From Terriglobia bacterium (GTDB lineage: Bacteria; Acidobacteriota; Terriglobia; 20CM-2-55-15), in contig CBDAOY010000009.1 of NCBI GenBank assembly GCA_965198225.1, forward strand, positions 704,001 through 768,000: DNA of 64,000 nt, in the 5' to 3' direction. This document shows, in pieces, positions 21,667-31,177 of the stretch; the stretch's first letter is position 1, and every line of letters starts with the position of its first letter. The notes beneath the pieces are model-generated. The model saw nothing but the letters and a program-made list of their open reading frames with translations, made no database searches and had not been told where the DNA came from. The position numbers and the translations under genes were made by a program.

Positions 21667-22861
21667 ATGAAATGGCGTCGATTCATTCCTCATATCCTTC
21701 TGTTTTTCGGCGGGCTGGGGTACGCCGTGTGGAGCTTTGTCCGGCGTCCCTTCCCCATGCTTGGGGAGAGTCCGCTGCTCGACCTGATGGACTATTACAC
21801 CCCCAACTTCTACGGGTGGGTGATGCTCTGGTACTACGTTTCCCCCTTCGTCTTAGTCATGCTCGTGGGGCTCATTGTTCTGTCCGTTTGGAAGGTCTGG
21901 CTGGAGGGCCGGAGGCGGGATTTCGCCCCCTTCGGAACACTCCCGGCGTGGCCGCTGTCTTCCAAACAAGCGGGCCCCGCCATCGTCGTCGGCGAGGTTC
22001 ATCATCCGGTCGAGGCCCGCGAGATCTTCAATCCTTCCTGGCTCATCATCCCGGAGCGGGGACTGTATACCGGAGTGGCGATCTTCGGGGCCGTGGGGTC
22101 CGGGAAAACTTCGGCGTGCATGCACCCCTTCGCCCGGCAACTGCTCTCCTGGCAAGCGGAGAATCCACAGAAGCGGGCGGCGGCGCGCCGGTATCAACCC
22201 GGCGCTGGCCCGCGCCGTGGGCGTGATGCTCAAGAACGCCTGGCTCCAGGCGCTTCTCATGCGCCCGGCCCGGATGAAGGAGTCGCCGGGCGTCTACTTT
22301 CGGCCCGCCGTCTTTATCTGTGACGAATATCAGTCGTTTGCTTCGGTGGGCGAGGACGATCCCTCGGGCGATGAAAAATCCTTTGCCCTCACCCGCCAAT
22401 GCCGCTGCATCCCGATTGTTGCCACACAGTCTATTTCCTCGCTACGATCCGTATTGGGGAGCTCGGAGGCGTGGCGCTCGTTGTTGCAGACGCTCCGCAC
22501 CCGCATTTTCCTGTCTCTGAGCGATGACGCCTCCGCCAGGATTGCATCGGAGTTGTGCGGGCAGGTGGCGAAGATCAAGGGATCGTACACGATCAGCGAG
22601 ACCTCCAGGCGGGCGGAAGTCTCCCCGCTGTCTGGCCGCGCCGGGGGAGGCGGCGGCAGCATCGGCGCGACCAAGTCATTCCAGGAGCGCCGCGAGGCCG
22701 TGTTTCACCCGCGAGACTTCGCCTTGCTGGGGAACTGCCAGGCGATCTGCCTCCCCTATGACGGGGCGCAGTCGCTGGAGCCGCGCCGGGTCTACCTGAA
22801 ACCTCATTATCTGCCCCAGGAGCACTCCTATTGGAGAGCGAAAGAAGTGGGGCAATTATGA
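21667..22861 (+). pseudogene. Type IV coupling protein (VirD4/TraD-like) with an internal deletion at ~22186
   Basis: TM segments, GAVGSGKTS Walker A; second frame has FICDEYQ..PIVATQS. Confidence 0.82.
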
Positions 22862-23550
22862 GCGCCGCAAGCGGCCTGGAACACCTGAAACCGTTTCTGC
22901 CGGGCTTGGAGAGCGCCCTGGAAGATCCCGAAGTGAGCGAGATCATGATTAACGGACCCGGCAACGTCTGGGTGGAACGGGCTGGACGGTTGATGGCGCA
23001 TCCCGCGCCGGACCTGGATGAAGCGGCCCTGTTGCGGGCGGCTATTCACATCGCCCGGCCTTTGGGCCTGGACCCGGCAAGCTCGCCGATTGTCGATGCG
23101 CGCCTGGACGACGGCTCGCGGGTGGCCATCTGTGTCCCGCCCGCAAGCCCCGTCGTCGCAATCACTGTCCGGCGCTTTGGCAAGCGGACGTTTTCGGCGG
23201 CGGATTTAGTCGAGCAGGGGGCGCTCCCCGAAAACGTGCGGACGGAAGCGGAGCGGGTGTTGCACACGCGGCGAAACATCCTGGTTTCGGGGGGCACCGG
23301 ATCGGGCAAGACGACGCTGCTCAATGCACTCATCGAACTGCTGCCGGATGACGAGCGCATTGTCGCCATCGAGGACACGCTGGAGCTTCGGATAGAGCGC
23401 TCCAATTGCGTCCGATTTGAGGCTCGCGGGTTGCGGGAAGGAGCGGTCACGATCCGCGACTTGGTGCGCCACGCGCTGCGTCACCGCCCAGATCATATCG
23501 TGGTGGGCGAGGTGCGCGGTGGGGAGGCGGCGGACCTGCTGCAACCATGA
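22858..23550 (+). pseudogene. VirB11/TrbB/CpaF ATPase, 3'-truncated
   Basis: SGGTGSGKTT, IEDTLEL, RPDHIVVGEVRGGEA; ends before the expected NTGH. Confidence 0.88.
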
Positions 23551-24189
23551 CCGCACCTTGAAACGGAAATCAGAACTCGTCAGGGCCCCTACCGGGCAGA
23601 CATCCACAACGTTGATCGAATAAGGATTGTCCAGAGGTTTGTCTTCGTAGACGCCGATCTCGGATTTATGGCCGCGGCCGAAGACCTGGATCTCGTCTGT
23701 TTCAGTGACGTCTCGTGTGAAGCGAACGCAGCGGGTGCACAGGATGCAACGCTCCCTGTCGAGCTTGACTTGCGGTCCCAGGTCGAATGCTTTGAGCCGC
23801 CGTTCCTTCTGACCCAACGGGTACCGGCTGTCGTGACCGCCGTGTTCCATGTAGTAGTCCTGCAGGAAACACTCGCCCGACTGGTCGCAGACTGGGCAGT
23901 CGATCGGGTGATGCAGGAGCAGGAATTCCATCGCATACCGGACCGCTTCCTTTACGCGTTCGGTGTCGCTCCGGACGACCATTCCGTCCCGGATCGGGGT
24001 TGCGCACGACGGCATCAGCTTCGGCGCGCCTTCGGCTTCGATCAAACACATCCGGCAGCTGCCCTCGATCCCGATATCGGGGTGGTAGCAGTAGCGCGGT
24101 ATCTCGACACCCACTTCATCGGCGATCTGGATGATGGTTCGTCCGGCCGCGACGTCGTAGACCTGACCGTTGAGCGTGATGCTGGGCAT
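23545..24189 (-). pseudogene. NuoG-like Fe-S protein, N-terminal part, 3'-truncated
   Basis: IPRYCYHP..GSCRMC, HPIDCPVCDQSGEC, CILCTRCVRF, VCPVGAL; similarity ends at KVRSW. Confidence 0.85.
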
Positions 24190-24244
24190 GAGGGGTTAGG
24201 TTAGCATTTGCGCCGGCCGTGAGCGGTTGAAAATGGCGTGGGAC

Positions 24245-24325
24245 AAGTGGCCAGTGATCAGTGGCCAGAAGGGATTTACCGATCTCGCTTGCAACTGACC
24301 ATTGACCACTCGCCACTGACCACTT
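24245..24325. repeat. Inverted arrays of degenerate heptamers (CAGTGGC / ACTGACC)
   Basis: Three units followed by four to five complementary units; intergenic. Confidence 0.65.
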
Positions 24326-24326
24326 C

Positions 24327-25145
24327 TTATTCCCCCCCTTCGATCGGCAATCCCTCCCGATTCCCCCACTCCCCCCACGAGCCCAGGTAGTTACGGACCT
24401 GCGGGTATCCGATCAATCGCAGCGCGACGTAGGTGTTCGCGGACCGGTACCCCCCCTGGCAGTAAGGGATGACTTCCCGGTCCGAGGTAACGCCCAGCCG
24501 TGCGTACTGTTCGGCGAGGTCTTCGGCCGGCTTGAACGTTCCATCCTCGTTCAGGTTGTTCTTCCATTCGAGGTGCACGGCACCAGGGATATGGCCCCCT
24601 CGAGCAGACCGGACGAGTGTGGCGTTGTGTTCGGCTTCGCTGCGGGTATCGACGATGGAGGTCGCTACCGAGCCCAGCCGTTCCAGGATGTCGTCCGCAG
24701 TTGCCAGCCGTTCACGCTGGGGGTTCGCTTTGAAATTGCCGCGCTGTGGCACGATCGCGTCTCGCCCGATGGGGAGACCGGCCGCGACCCAGGCTTCGAA
24801 GCCCCCGTCGAGCATGTGCACCGCTTCATGACCGAAAAACTCCAGAAACCAAAAGAGCCGGGCGGCTCTCTCGCCGCTGACGCGATCATGGACGACGACC
24901 CTGCTGTCTTCGGCTACACCTTTCGCCCCGATCAGGTGTTCGATGATCCAGAGGAACGCTTTCAGTGGGCCCTCCCGCGTGTCGATCAGGCTGATGCCGA
25001 AAATATCGAAGCTGCGCGCACCCGGAATGTGGCCGTTCGCGTAGTCTTCAGGTGGTCTCAGATCGAGGACGACGACGTTGGGCTCGCCCAGCCGTTCGTT
25101 CAGTTCCTGTGGCGTCCAGAGCAGGTACGGGTTTGTATATGCCAT
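24327..25145 (-). CDS. Two-domain rhodanese/sulfurtransferase
   Basis: GHIPGA twice; active site YCQGGYRS; YLGSWGEW. Confidence 0.93.
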   Translation of the reverse strand: MAYTNPYLLWTPQELNERLGEPNVVVLDLRPPEDYANGHIPGARSFDIFGISLIDTREGPLKAFLWIIEHLIGAKGVAEDSRVVVHDRVSGERAARLFWFLEFFGHEAVHMLDGGFEAWVAAGLPIGRDAIVPQRGNFKANPQRERLATADDILERLGSVATSIVDTRSEAEHNATLVRSARGGHIPGAVHLEWKNNLNEDGTFKPAEDLAEQYARLGVTSDREVIPYCQGGYRSANTYVALRLIGYPQVRNYLGSWGEWGNREGLPIEGGE

Positions 25146-25252
25146 GGGGACTCCTTAGACTAGCGGTAGCCAAGAAGACTACTACCCCTTGTCACGGACG
25201 AAAACACTTCGATAGAATTTACGGGCTTATTCTAGCGAAACCAACAAAGTAC

Positions 25253-26278
25253 ATGATCGAAGTTCAGAACCTTACAAAGCGATACGACACGAAAACAGCG
25301 ATCGCGAACGTCACCTTCAGCGTCGGGCAGGGAGAAGTGCTGGGTTTCCTGGGGCCGAACGGGGCTGGAAAGACGACTACGATGCGCGCGATCACAGGCT
25401 ATCTGCCGGCTACCGAAGGCCGGATCACGGTCGACGACTTCGACGTATTCGAAGAGCCGCTCCAGGCGCGCCGCCTCATCGGCTACCTGCCCGAACACCC
25501 GCCGCTCTACCTGGAGATGACAGTTGCCGGTTACCTGCGCTTTGTCGCAAAGATCAAAGGGGTTCCCAGGCGCGAGTTGAACGACGAGATCGCCCGCGTG
25601 ATGGACAAAGTGAATATCCTCGATGTCGAGGACCGAATCATCGGTCGTCTGTCCAAGGGTTACAGGCAAAGAGTCGGACTGGCTCAGGCTTTGCTGAAGG
25701 ATCCACCAATCCTGATTCTCGATGAACCGACAATCGGCCTGGACCCGAAGCAGATACACGAAGTCCGCGAGCTCATCAAGGAGTGGTCCGGACGCCACAC
25801 CGTGATTCTGTCGACCCACATCCTGCCCGAAGTTGAACAGGTCTGCAGCCGAGTAGTCATCATCGACAAAGGACGAATCGTCGCCGTCGACACGCCCGCG
25901 AACCTTGTTTCTCAGCTGAAGGGCACCGAACGAATCGTCGTCGAAGTTGCGGGTCCTGAGGAGGAAGTGCTGTCCGGGTTGGGAGCCGTCCCCGGCGTGT
26001 TGAAGGCGGATCGACTGAACACACAAAACGGTCGAATGCGCATCGAGGTGGAGAGTGATATGGGCGAAGACCTGCGGCCGTCGCTGGCAAAGATGATCGT
26101 CCAGAGCGGTTGGGGTCTGTTCGAAATGCAGTCGTCCAGGATGAGCCTGGAGGACGTATTCCTGAAGCTGACGACCGACGACGAGGAGAGCAGTGAGGCC
26201 GCCGGCGAAGCCGGTTTTGAAGACGAGCCGGCTCCGGAAGACTCCTCCGACGGCGACGGAGGTGACGTGGAGCAGTGA
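25253..26278 (+). CDS. ABC transporter ATP-binding protein (GldA-like)
   Basis: GPNGAGKTT, LSKGYRQR, ILDEPT. Confidence 0.93.
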   Translation: MIEVQNLTKRYDTKTAIANVTFSVGQGEVLGFLGPNGAGKTTTMRAITGYLPATEGRITVDDFDVFEEPLQARRLIGYLPEHPPLYLEMTVAGYLRFVAKIKGVPRRELNDEIARVMDKVNILDVEDRIIGRLSKGYRQRVGLAQALLKDPPILILDEPTIGLDPKQIHEVRELIKEWSGRHTVILSTHILPEVEQVCSRVVIIDKGRIVAVDTPANLVSQLKGTERIVVEVAGPEEEVLSGLGAVPGVLKADRLNTQNGRMRIEVESDMGEDLRPSLAKMIVQSGWGLFEMQSSRMSLEDVFLKLTTDDEESSEAAGEAGFEDEPAPEDSSDGDGGDVEQ

Positions 26279-27057
26279 GGAACGTCCTGGCCATCGTTGA
26301 ACGCGAATTGCGTGCCTATTTCATTTCGCCCGTTGCTTACGTCGTCCTGACCATCTTTGTATTTCTGTCCGGAATCTTCTTCCAGACCATACTCAACCAG
26401 GTGATGCAGATGGCGACTGTGAGCGCCTTGCAGAGCCAGCGTTTCGGGACAGGTCCTCAACCCATCGACATGCCGGGTCTGGTGAGCCGGAGCTTCATGG
26501 GTGCTTTGAGCGTGATCCTGCTCTTCATGCTCCCGATGATCACGATGGCGCTGTTCTCCGAAGAGAAGAGGCGCGGAACGATCGAGCTGCTGCTGACCGC
26601 GCCATTAACAGACCTGCAGGTCGTGGCGGGTAAGTTTCTGGCTGCCGTTTCCTTCTACTCGATCATGCTCGCAACGACGTGGGTACCGATTTCGGTGCTG
26701 TTCTTATACGGCGATCCCGCCTGGGGGCCGATTCTGACCGGCTACCTGGGCCTGTTTCTGTACGGAGTCGCCCTGCTGGCGGTCGGTCTGTTTGTATCGA
26801 CATTGACCGAAAACCAAATTGTCGCCGCCGTGCTGAGCTTCGGTGCCATCCTTCTGCTCTGGATGGTCGATGTCGTGGCACAGAGCGCGACCTCCACGAC
26901 AAGGGCGGTCCTGACCTACATGTCGATCCTGGGACATCTGGACGACTTCATCAAGGGCGTGCTGGCGACGTCCCACGTGATCTTCTACCTGTCACTCATG
27001 TCGCTGGGTCTGTTCCTGACGTACCGGTCGATCGACTCGATGCGCTGGAGAGGTTGA
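26275..27057 (+). CDS. ABC-2 permease (GldF-like)
   Basis: ELRAYFISPVAY, EEKRRGTIELLLTAP; six TM segments. Confidence 0.9.
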   Translation: MRNVLAIVERELRAYFISPVAYVVLTIFVFLSGIFFQTILNQVMQMATVSALQSQRFGTGPQPIDMPGLVSRSFMGALSVILLFMLPMITMALFSEEKRRGTIELLLTAPLTDLQVVAGKFLAAVSFYSIMLATTWVPISVLFLYGDPAWGPILTGYLGLFLYGVALLAVGLFVSTLTENQIVAAVLSFGAILLLWMVDVVAQSATSTTRAVLTYMSILGHLDDFIKGVLATSHVIFYLSLMSLGLFLTYRSIDSMRWRG

Positions 27058-27060
27058 ACC

Positions 27061-28629
27061 ATGAAGGAAACGTTAAAGAAACTCGATCTCGCAGGGCTCG
27101 TCATCATCGTCGGGACGATGGTCGTCTACTCGGTTCGCGAAGTCTGGACCATCTACCAGACGATTACCGTGGTCATCGGGGCGGTCGCTGTCGTCGTTTC
27201 CATCGCTTCAAAGCTCGACGAGATCCAAGCCCGCCTCAAGCATCGGTCTACCGGTTTCGGGATCAACTCGGGCGTTTCGATCGTTTTGCTGGTCGGTGTC
27301 CTCGGTTTCATCAACTACCTGGGTGCCGAGAACGAGCAGCGGTTCGACCTGACGACGGAGAAGATCTACAGCCTTGCCGAGCAATCCGTAAGCGTCTCCG
27401 GCGAGGTCGAGCAGGACACCCACGTGCGCGCCTTCTTTCCGAACGGCGACGACATCCCGACGCGGGAGTTACTCGAACTCTACGCCGCCCGGAACTCACA
27501 GATCGGTTTCGAGTTCATCGATCCCGACCGGCAGCCGCAGCTCGCCGAACAGTTCGACGTGAGTGTTTACGGAGATTTCAACAATCCCCTCACGGGCCAG
27601 GCCTTCCAGTTCGGCACGCTCATCCTCGAAATGGAAGATCGGCAGGAACGAATCGAAAAACAGTCCGAACCACTGCGCGAGGAAGATGTGACGAACGCCC
27701 TGATGAAGCTCATCAAGGGCGAGCAGAAGGTTCTCTACTTTATCGAAGGGCACGGCGAAAAGCTGATCGCCGAAACAGAGCGCACCGGCCTCGATGCGGC
27801 GCGAAACGCGCTGGAGCGGGAAAGCTACGTCGTCGAGACGTTGAACCTGGTCCGTGAGGAGACCATACCGGCGGATGCCGCTGCACTGGTCTGGGCGGGC
27901 CCTCAGAACGAGCCGTTTCCCGAGGAGATCGAGAAGGTGAATGCCTATCTCGAGCAGGGCGGCAGTGTTTTCGTGATGCTGGATCCGCCGCCGGCTACAG
28001 CGCTCTCTGCGTTACTGGATCGGTGGTCGCTGGACGCGGGCGACAATTTTGTCGTCGACGCCAGCGGGGTCGGCCGCCTTCTGGGTGCCGGTCCCGAGAT
28101 CCCGCTGGTCTCGCAGTACGGAACACACGTGATCACGCAGCGGTTCAACGCCATGACTTTCTTCCCGCTTGCGCGCTCGGTCGCTCCCGCCGAAGAGGTC
28201 GAAGCCGGCTTGAACGTAACCGAGTTGCTTGCCACGAGCGCCCAGAGCTGGGGGGAGAGTGATCTCGACAGCACCGAGGCCGGCTACGATCCGGAGCAGG
28301 ACCTGGGTGGGCCAGTCACGATAGGCGTCGTCATCACACGGGACCTCGACGCCGAGGAAAAGTCCCGGCTCGTCGTGTTCGGAGATTCCGACTTCGCGAG
28401 CAATGGGTTCTTCAGTCTCCAAGGCAACGGGAATCTTTTCCTGAACACCGTGAGCTGGCTGGCCGAAGACGAGAGCTTCATCTCGGTTCGACCGAAAGTC
28501 CCCGAAGACCGGCGCCTCACGCTGACGCAGTCGCAGGGTCGGATCACCTATTACATCTCACTCGTCCTGCTGCCGTTGTCGATCCTGGCGGCGGGTATCT
28601 CGGTCTGGAGCAAACGTCGGAGCGGGTGA
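27061..28629 (+). CDS. GldG-like ABC auxiliary component
   Basis: RFDLT..YSL, YFIEGHGE, LVVFGDSDF, NLFLNTVSWL. Confidence 0.88.
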   Translation: MKETLKKLDLAGLVIIVGTMVVYSVREVWTIYQTITVVIGAVAVVVSIASKLDEIQARLKHRSTGFGINSGVSIVLLVGVLGFINYLGAENEQRFDLTTEKIYSLAEQSVSVSGEVEQDTHVRAFFPNGDDIPTRELLELYAARNSQIGFEFIDPDRQPQLAEQFDVSVYGDFNNPLTGQAFQFGTLILEMEDRQERIEKQSEPLREEDVTNALMKLIKGEQKVLYFIEGHGEKLIAETERTGLDAARNALERESYVVETLNLVREETIPADAAALVWAGPQNEPFPEEIEKVNAYLEQGGSVFVMLDPPPATALSALLDRWSLDAGDNFVVDASGVGRLLGAGPEIPLVSQYGTHVITQRFNAMTFFPLARSVAPAEEVEAGLNVTELLATSAQSWGESDLDSTEAGYDPEQDLGGPVTIGVVITRDLDAEEKSRLVVFGDSDFASNGFFSLQGNGNLFLNTVSWLAEDESFISVRPKVPEDRRLTLTQSQGRITYYISLVLLPLSILAAGISVWSKRRSG

Positions 28630-28656
28630 AGCCAGTCCAGTGACTCCCACGAGTAA

Positions 28657-30003
28657 ATGAGGTTCAAAGGCACTATAGGCCTATTCGTCGTTTTCCTTGC
28701 CCTTCTGACCTGGGTCTACTTTACCGACGTTCGTGGACGCGAAGAAAGGGAGCAGGCGGCCGAAGATGCCGGCAAGGCTTTACCGATCGACGACGAGGCT
28801 ATTTCCCAGATCAGCATCATCTACCCGGACCGCACGATTACAGGAGTCCGGACAGATGGAGGCTGGGAAGTAACCGAACCGTCCGGCATCGAAGCCGACT
28901 CCGGTGAGTGGGACCTGCTGGCTTCCAATGTTCCGCGCATCGAACGGGACCAGACGCTCTCATCGGAGGCAGACCTCGGACAGTACGGACTTGCCGAACC
29001 GATTCTCCGAGTTGCGATCACGATGTCGGACGGCGCGACACACGAAGTTCTTTTCGGTAGCCAGAACCCACGAGAGATCTACAACTACGCCAAGCTCGCT
29101 TCGAACGACGAAGTCTTCCTGGCACCGAGCTCCTGGCTGCGGATCTTCCGCAAGGAGGTCAACGAACTCCGGGATAAGACCGTGTTGCGATTCGAACAGG
29201 ACGACATCGATCTCATAGAGCTATCCGGCCTGAACAGCCTGCGACTGCTAAGGTCCGATGAACAGTGGTCCCTTGAGGTTCCTCTCCAGACCAACGCCGA
29301 TCAAGGCGAGGTCGGCACTTTCCTGGGGGCCATCGACTTCGCGCGCGCAACCGGCTTCGCCGATGCGGATACCGAGGCCGGAACTACAGGTCTGGACGCT
29401 CCGGCCCTTCACATCCTCTTGCATGATCAGGCGAACGATCGGGACCACGTGTTGCTCATCGGTGACGAGAAGGAAGACGACGCGGATCACTACTACGTGA
29501 AGGACGACTCCCGCGACACGATCTTTGTCGTCGATTCCGACATCTTCGAGAAAGCGACCCGCACGACCTTCGACTGGAGAGACAAGACCATCGCGTCGTT
29601 CGACCGTGACGACGTGCTCTCGATAGTGCTGCGAAGAGACGCAGATCAACTCGTGCTGCGCAAGTCCGGCGAGGACTGGCTCCTACCCGACGGCAGCCTG
29701 GCGAGGTTTGACCGTGTTTCGGGCATGCTCAACTCGCTCGAGTTCCAGAGAGCGACACAGATCATCGACTCGCCAGGTGCGTTGTCCCGGTATGGTCTCG
29801 GGGAACCCGACCTGCAGGTTGTCTTTAGCGGCGACGGCCGCGACATTCTCAGCTTCGCCTTCGGTGCGGATGTCGACGATGGGGATAGCATCTACTGGAA
29901 GCTGGAACAAGGCAGCGCGGTGAAGGTGGTCTCCAAGGATGTCTTCGACCGCTTTGACGTGACAGCCGAAGACCTTATCGAAACAGCCGGGGACCCGCAG
30001 TAG
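28657..30003 (+). CDS. DUF4340 repeat protein
   Basis: N-terminal TM; three repeats with YGL.EP and LRDKT; typical position after gldG. Confidence 0.8.
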   Translation: MRFKGTIGLFVVFLALLTWVYFTDVRGREEREQAAEDAGKALPIDDEAISQISIIYPDRTITGVRTDGGWEVTEPSGIEADSGEWDLLASNVPRIERDQTLSSEADLGQYGLAEPILRVAITMSDGATHEVLFGSQNPREIYNYAKLASNDEVFLAPSSWLRIFRKEVNELRDKTVLRFEQDDIDLIELSGLNSLRLLRSDEQWSLEVPLQTNADQGEVGTFLGAIDFARATGFADADTEAGTTGLDAPALHILLHDQANDRDHVLLIGDEKEDDADHYYVKDDSRDTIFVVDSDIFEKATRTTFDWRDKTIASFDRDDVLSIVLRRDADQLVLRKSGEDWLLPDGSLARFDRVSGMLNSLEFQRATQIIDSPGALSRYGLGEPDLQVVFSGDGRDILSFAFGADVDDGDSIYWKLEQGSAVKVVSKDVFDRFDVTAEDLIETAGDPQ

Positions 30004-30012
30004 TCCGCTGGT

Positions 30013-30035
30013 GTAGGTGCGGTCTATGACCGCAC
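30013..30035 (+). repeat. GTAG-family REP element
   Basis: GTAG-GTGCGGTC-TAT-GACCGCAC just after a stop codon. Confidence 0.75.
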
Positions 30036-30047
30036 ATCTTCGGGTGT

Positions 30048-30707
30048 TTGCTGAGCAGAAAGGTTGGGGAAGGCGAATACCTACACCCGCCTGTCCGAGA
30101 CGTGATGCTGAAGCACTTACTTCGTGCCCGACGCTTCTTCGGAAACCTAGTTGCCCGCCGCGACCTCCCCGCGCTTTACGACACGTCTTACTCCGCCGAC
30201 CCACAACCCTCCATCACGGGTATCGCCCGTTCCATGGTTTCGAGCTTCGTCGAGGGCGCGCGCAGAAACAAGATCGCTTCGATCCTCGCCCTGGTCGCGT
30301 TGATCGTCGTCCTTCCGCTCGCTCTCACCAGTCGCTACGACGAACGGCCGCGGTACCGTCAGGTGATTCTTCCAGGCATCCAGCGCCTGGAGCAACGCTA
30401 CCATGCGGCCCTGGCACGAGCCGCCGAGGAGCCAAGCGCCTCCCGGCGCGTCTATCACCTTATCGACGCCCACGCTCGAGTCGTGGATGTGCTCGATTTC
30501 ATCCGTTCCCGGAGGGCGGTAACCGCCGACGGAACCCGAGCCCATTCGGAGCTAATCCGGTACTACAGGCTGGTGGACGACCACTTCGCCATCATCCGTA
30601 GTGAGATGAGTATCGATGAGGACATCGATTTCCTGGAGCGCTGGGAGGAGATAAGCGCCGACATCCAGCCTATTTATGATCGGTGGTCCACCTGGATCGC
30701 GGAGTGA
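30048..30707 (+). CDS. Hypothetical membrane-anchored protein (start uncertain)
   Basis: 219-aa ORF with one TM segment and a helical C-terminus. Confidence 0.55.
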   Translation: MLSRKVGEGEYLHPPVRDVMLKHLLRARRFFGNLVARRDLPALYDTSYSADPQPSITGIARSMVSSFVEGARRNKIASILALVALIVVLPLALTSRYDERPRYRQVILPGIQRLEQRYHAALARAAEEPSASRRVYHLIDAHARVVDVLDFIRSRRAVTADGTRAHSELIRYYRLVDDHFAIIRSEMSIDEDIDFLERWEEISADIQPIYDRWSTWIAE

Positions 30708-30923
30708 ATCTCCAAGCCAAGCGATGCCAAAAGCATTTCTATACATAAGAGGCACTAATACCGTCTCGAGGCTGCGACGGGTCGATTGTGCGTGCGAAGT
30801 TGATCAATGGAGTAGCCGGATAGCCGGAAAGGCGTGTCCGAGACGACCGATCGAAGCCGGCTCCCGAGGCCCGGAAGTCGCCGATTCTATTGCCAGATCG
30901 GGGCTTTTTTTTTGCCGTAAAAC

Positions 30924-30972
30924 TTGACTCTAGGGTCAGGATCGAATAGCTTGCATACAAAGTGGATAAACG
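30924..30972 (+). promoter_or_regulatory. Sigma70-like promoter overlapped by a putative operator
   Basis: TTGACT-17 bp-TAGCTT; motif CTTGCATACAaaGTGGATAAA recurs at 35698. Confidence 0.6.
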
Positions 30973-31177
30973 AGTTATGCGTCGTGAGGACGGATCGTTT
31001 TTCTTGAACAATGGGGATCGAGCGCACCGAAAGGAAGCGGCGTGAACTGGGGAAGTCCGCCAGCGGTAAGCGTTGCTCGAGAAACGCGTCTCCGTAACCG
31101 ACGGCATAAACCATTGAACCCGCACCCCGGGTAGGGGTGTGGATTGTCTTGTTTACGTTAGTGTGGAGGTACACTAA

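Larger units (their letters stand above)
12209..23550. mobile_element. Degenerate conjugative element (ICE or integrated plasmid)
   Basis: Repressor/cro/alpA, ardC, virB2,3,4,9,10,11 and T4CP. No integrase, VirB6 or VirB8 recognised. Confidence 0.8.

Noticed and set aside
23206-24189. 327-aa ORF appearing to overlap virB11 by ~340 bp
   Set aside because: Its last third is read-through into the antisense of virB11 after a truncation junction.
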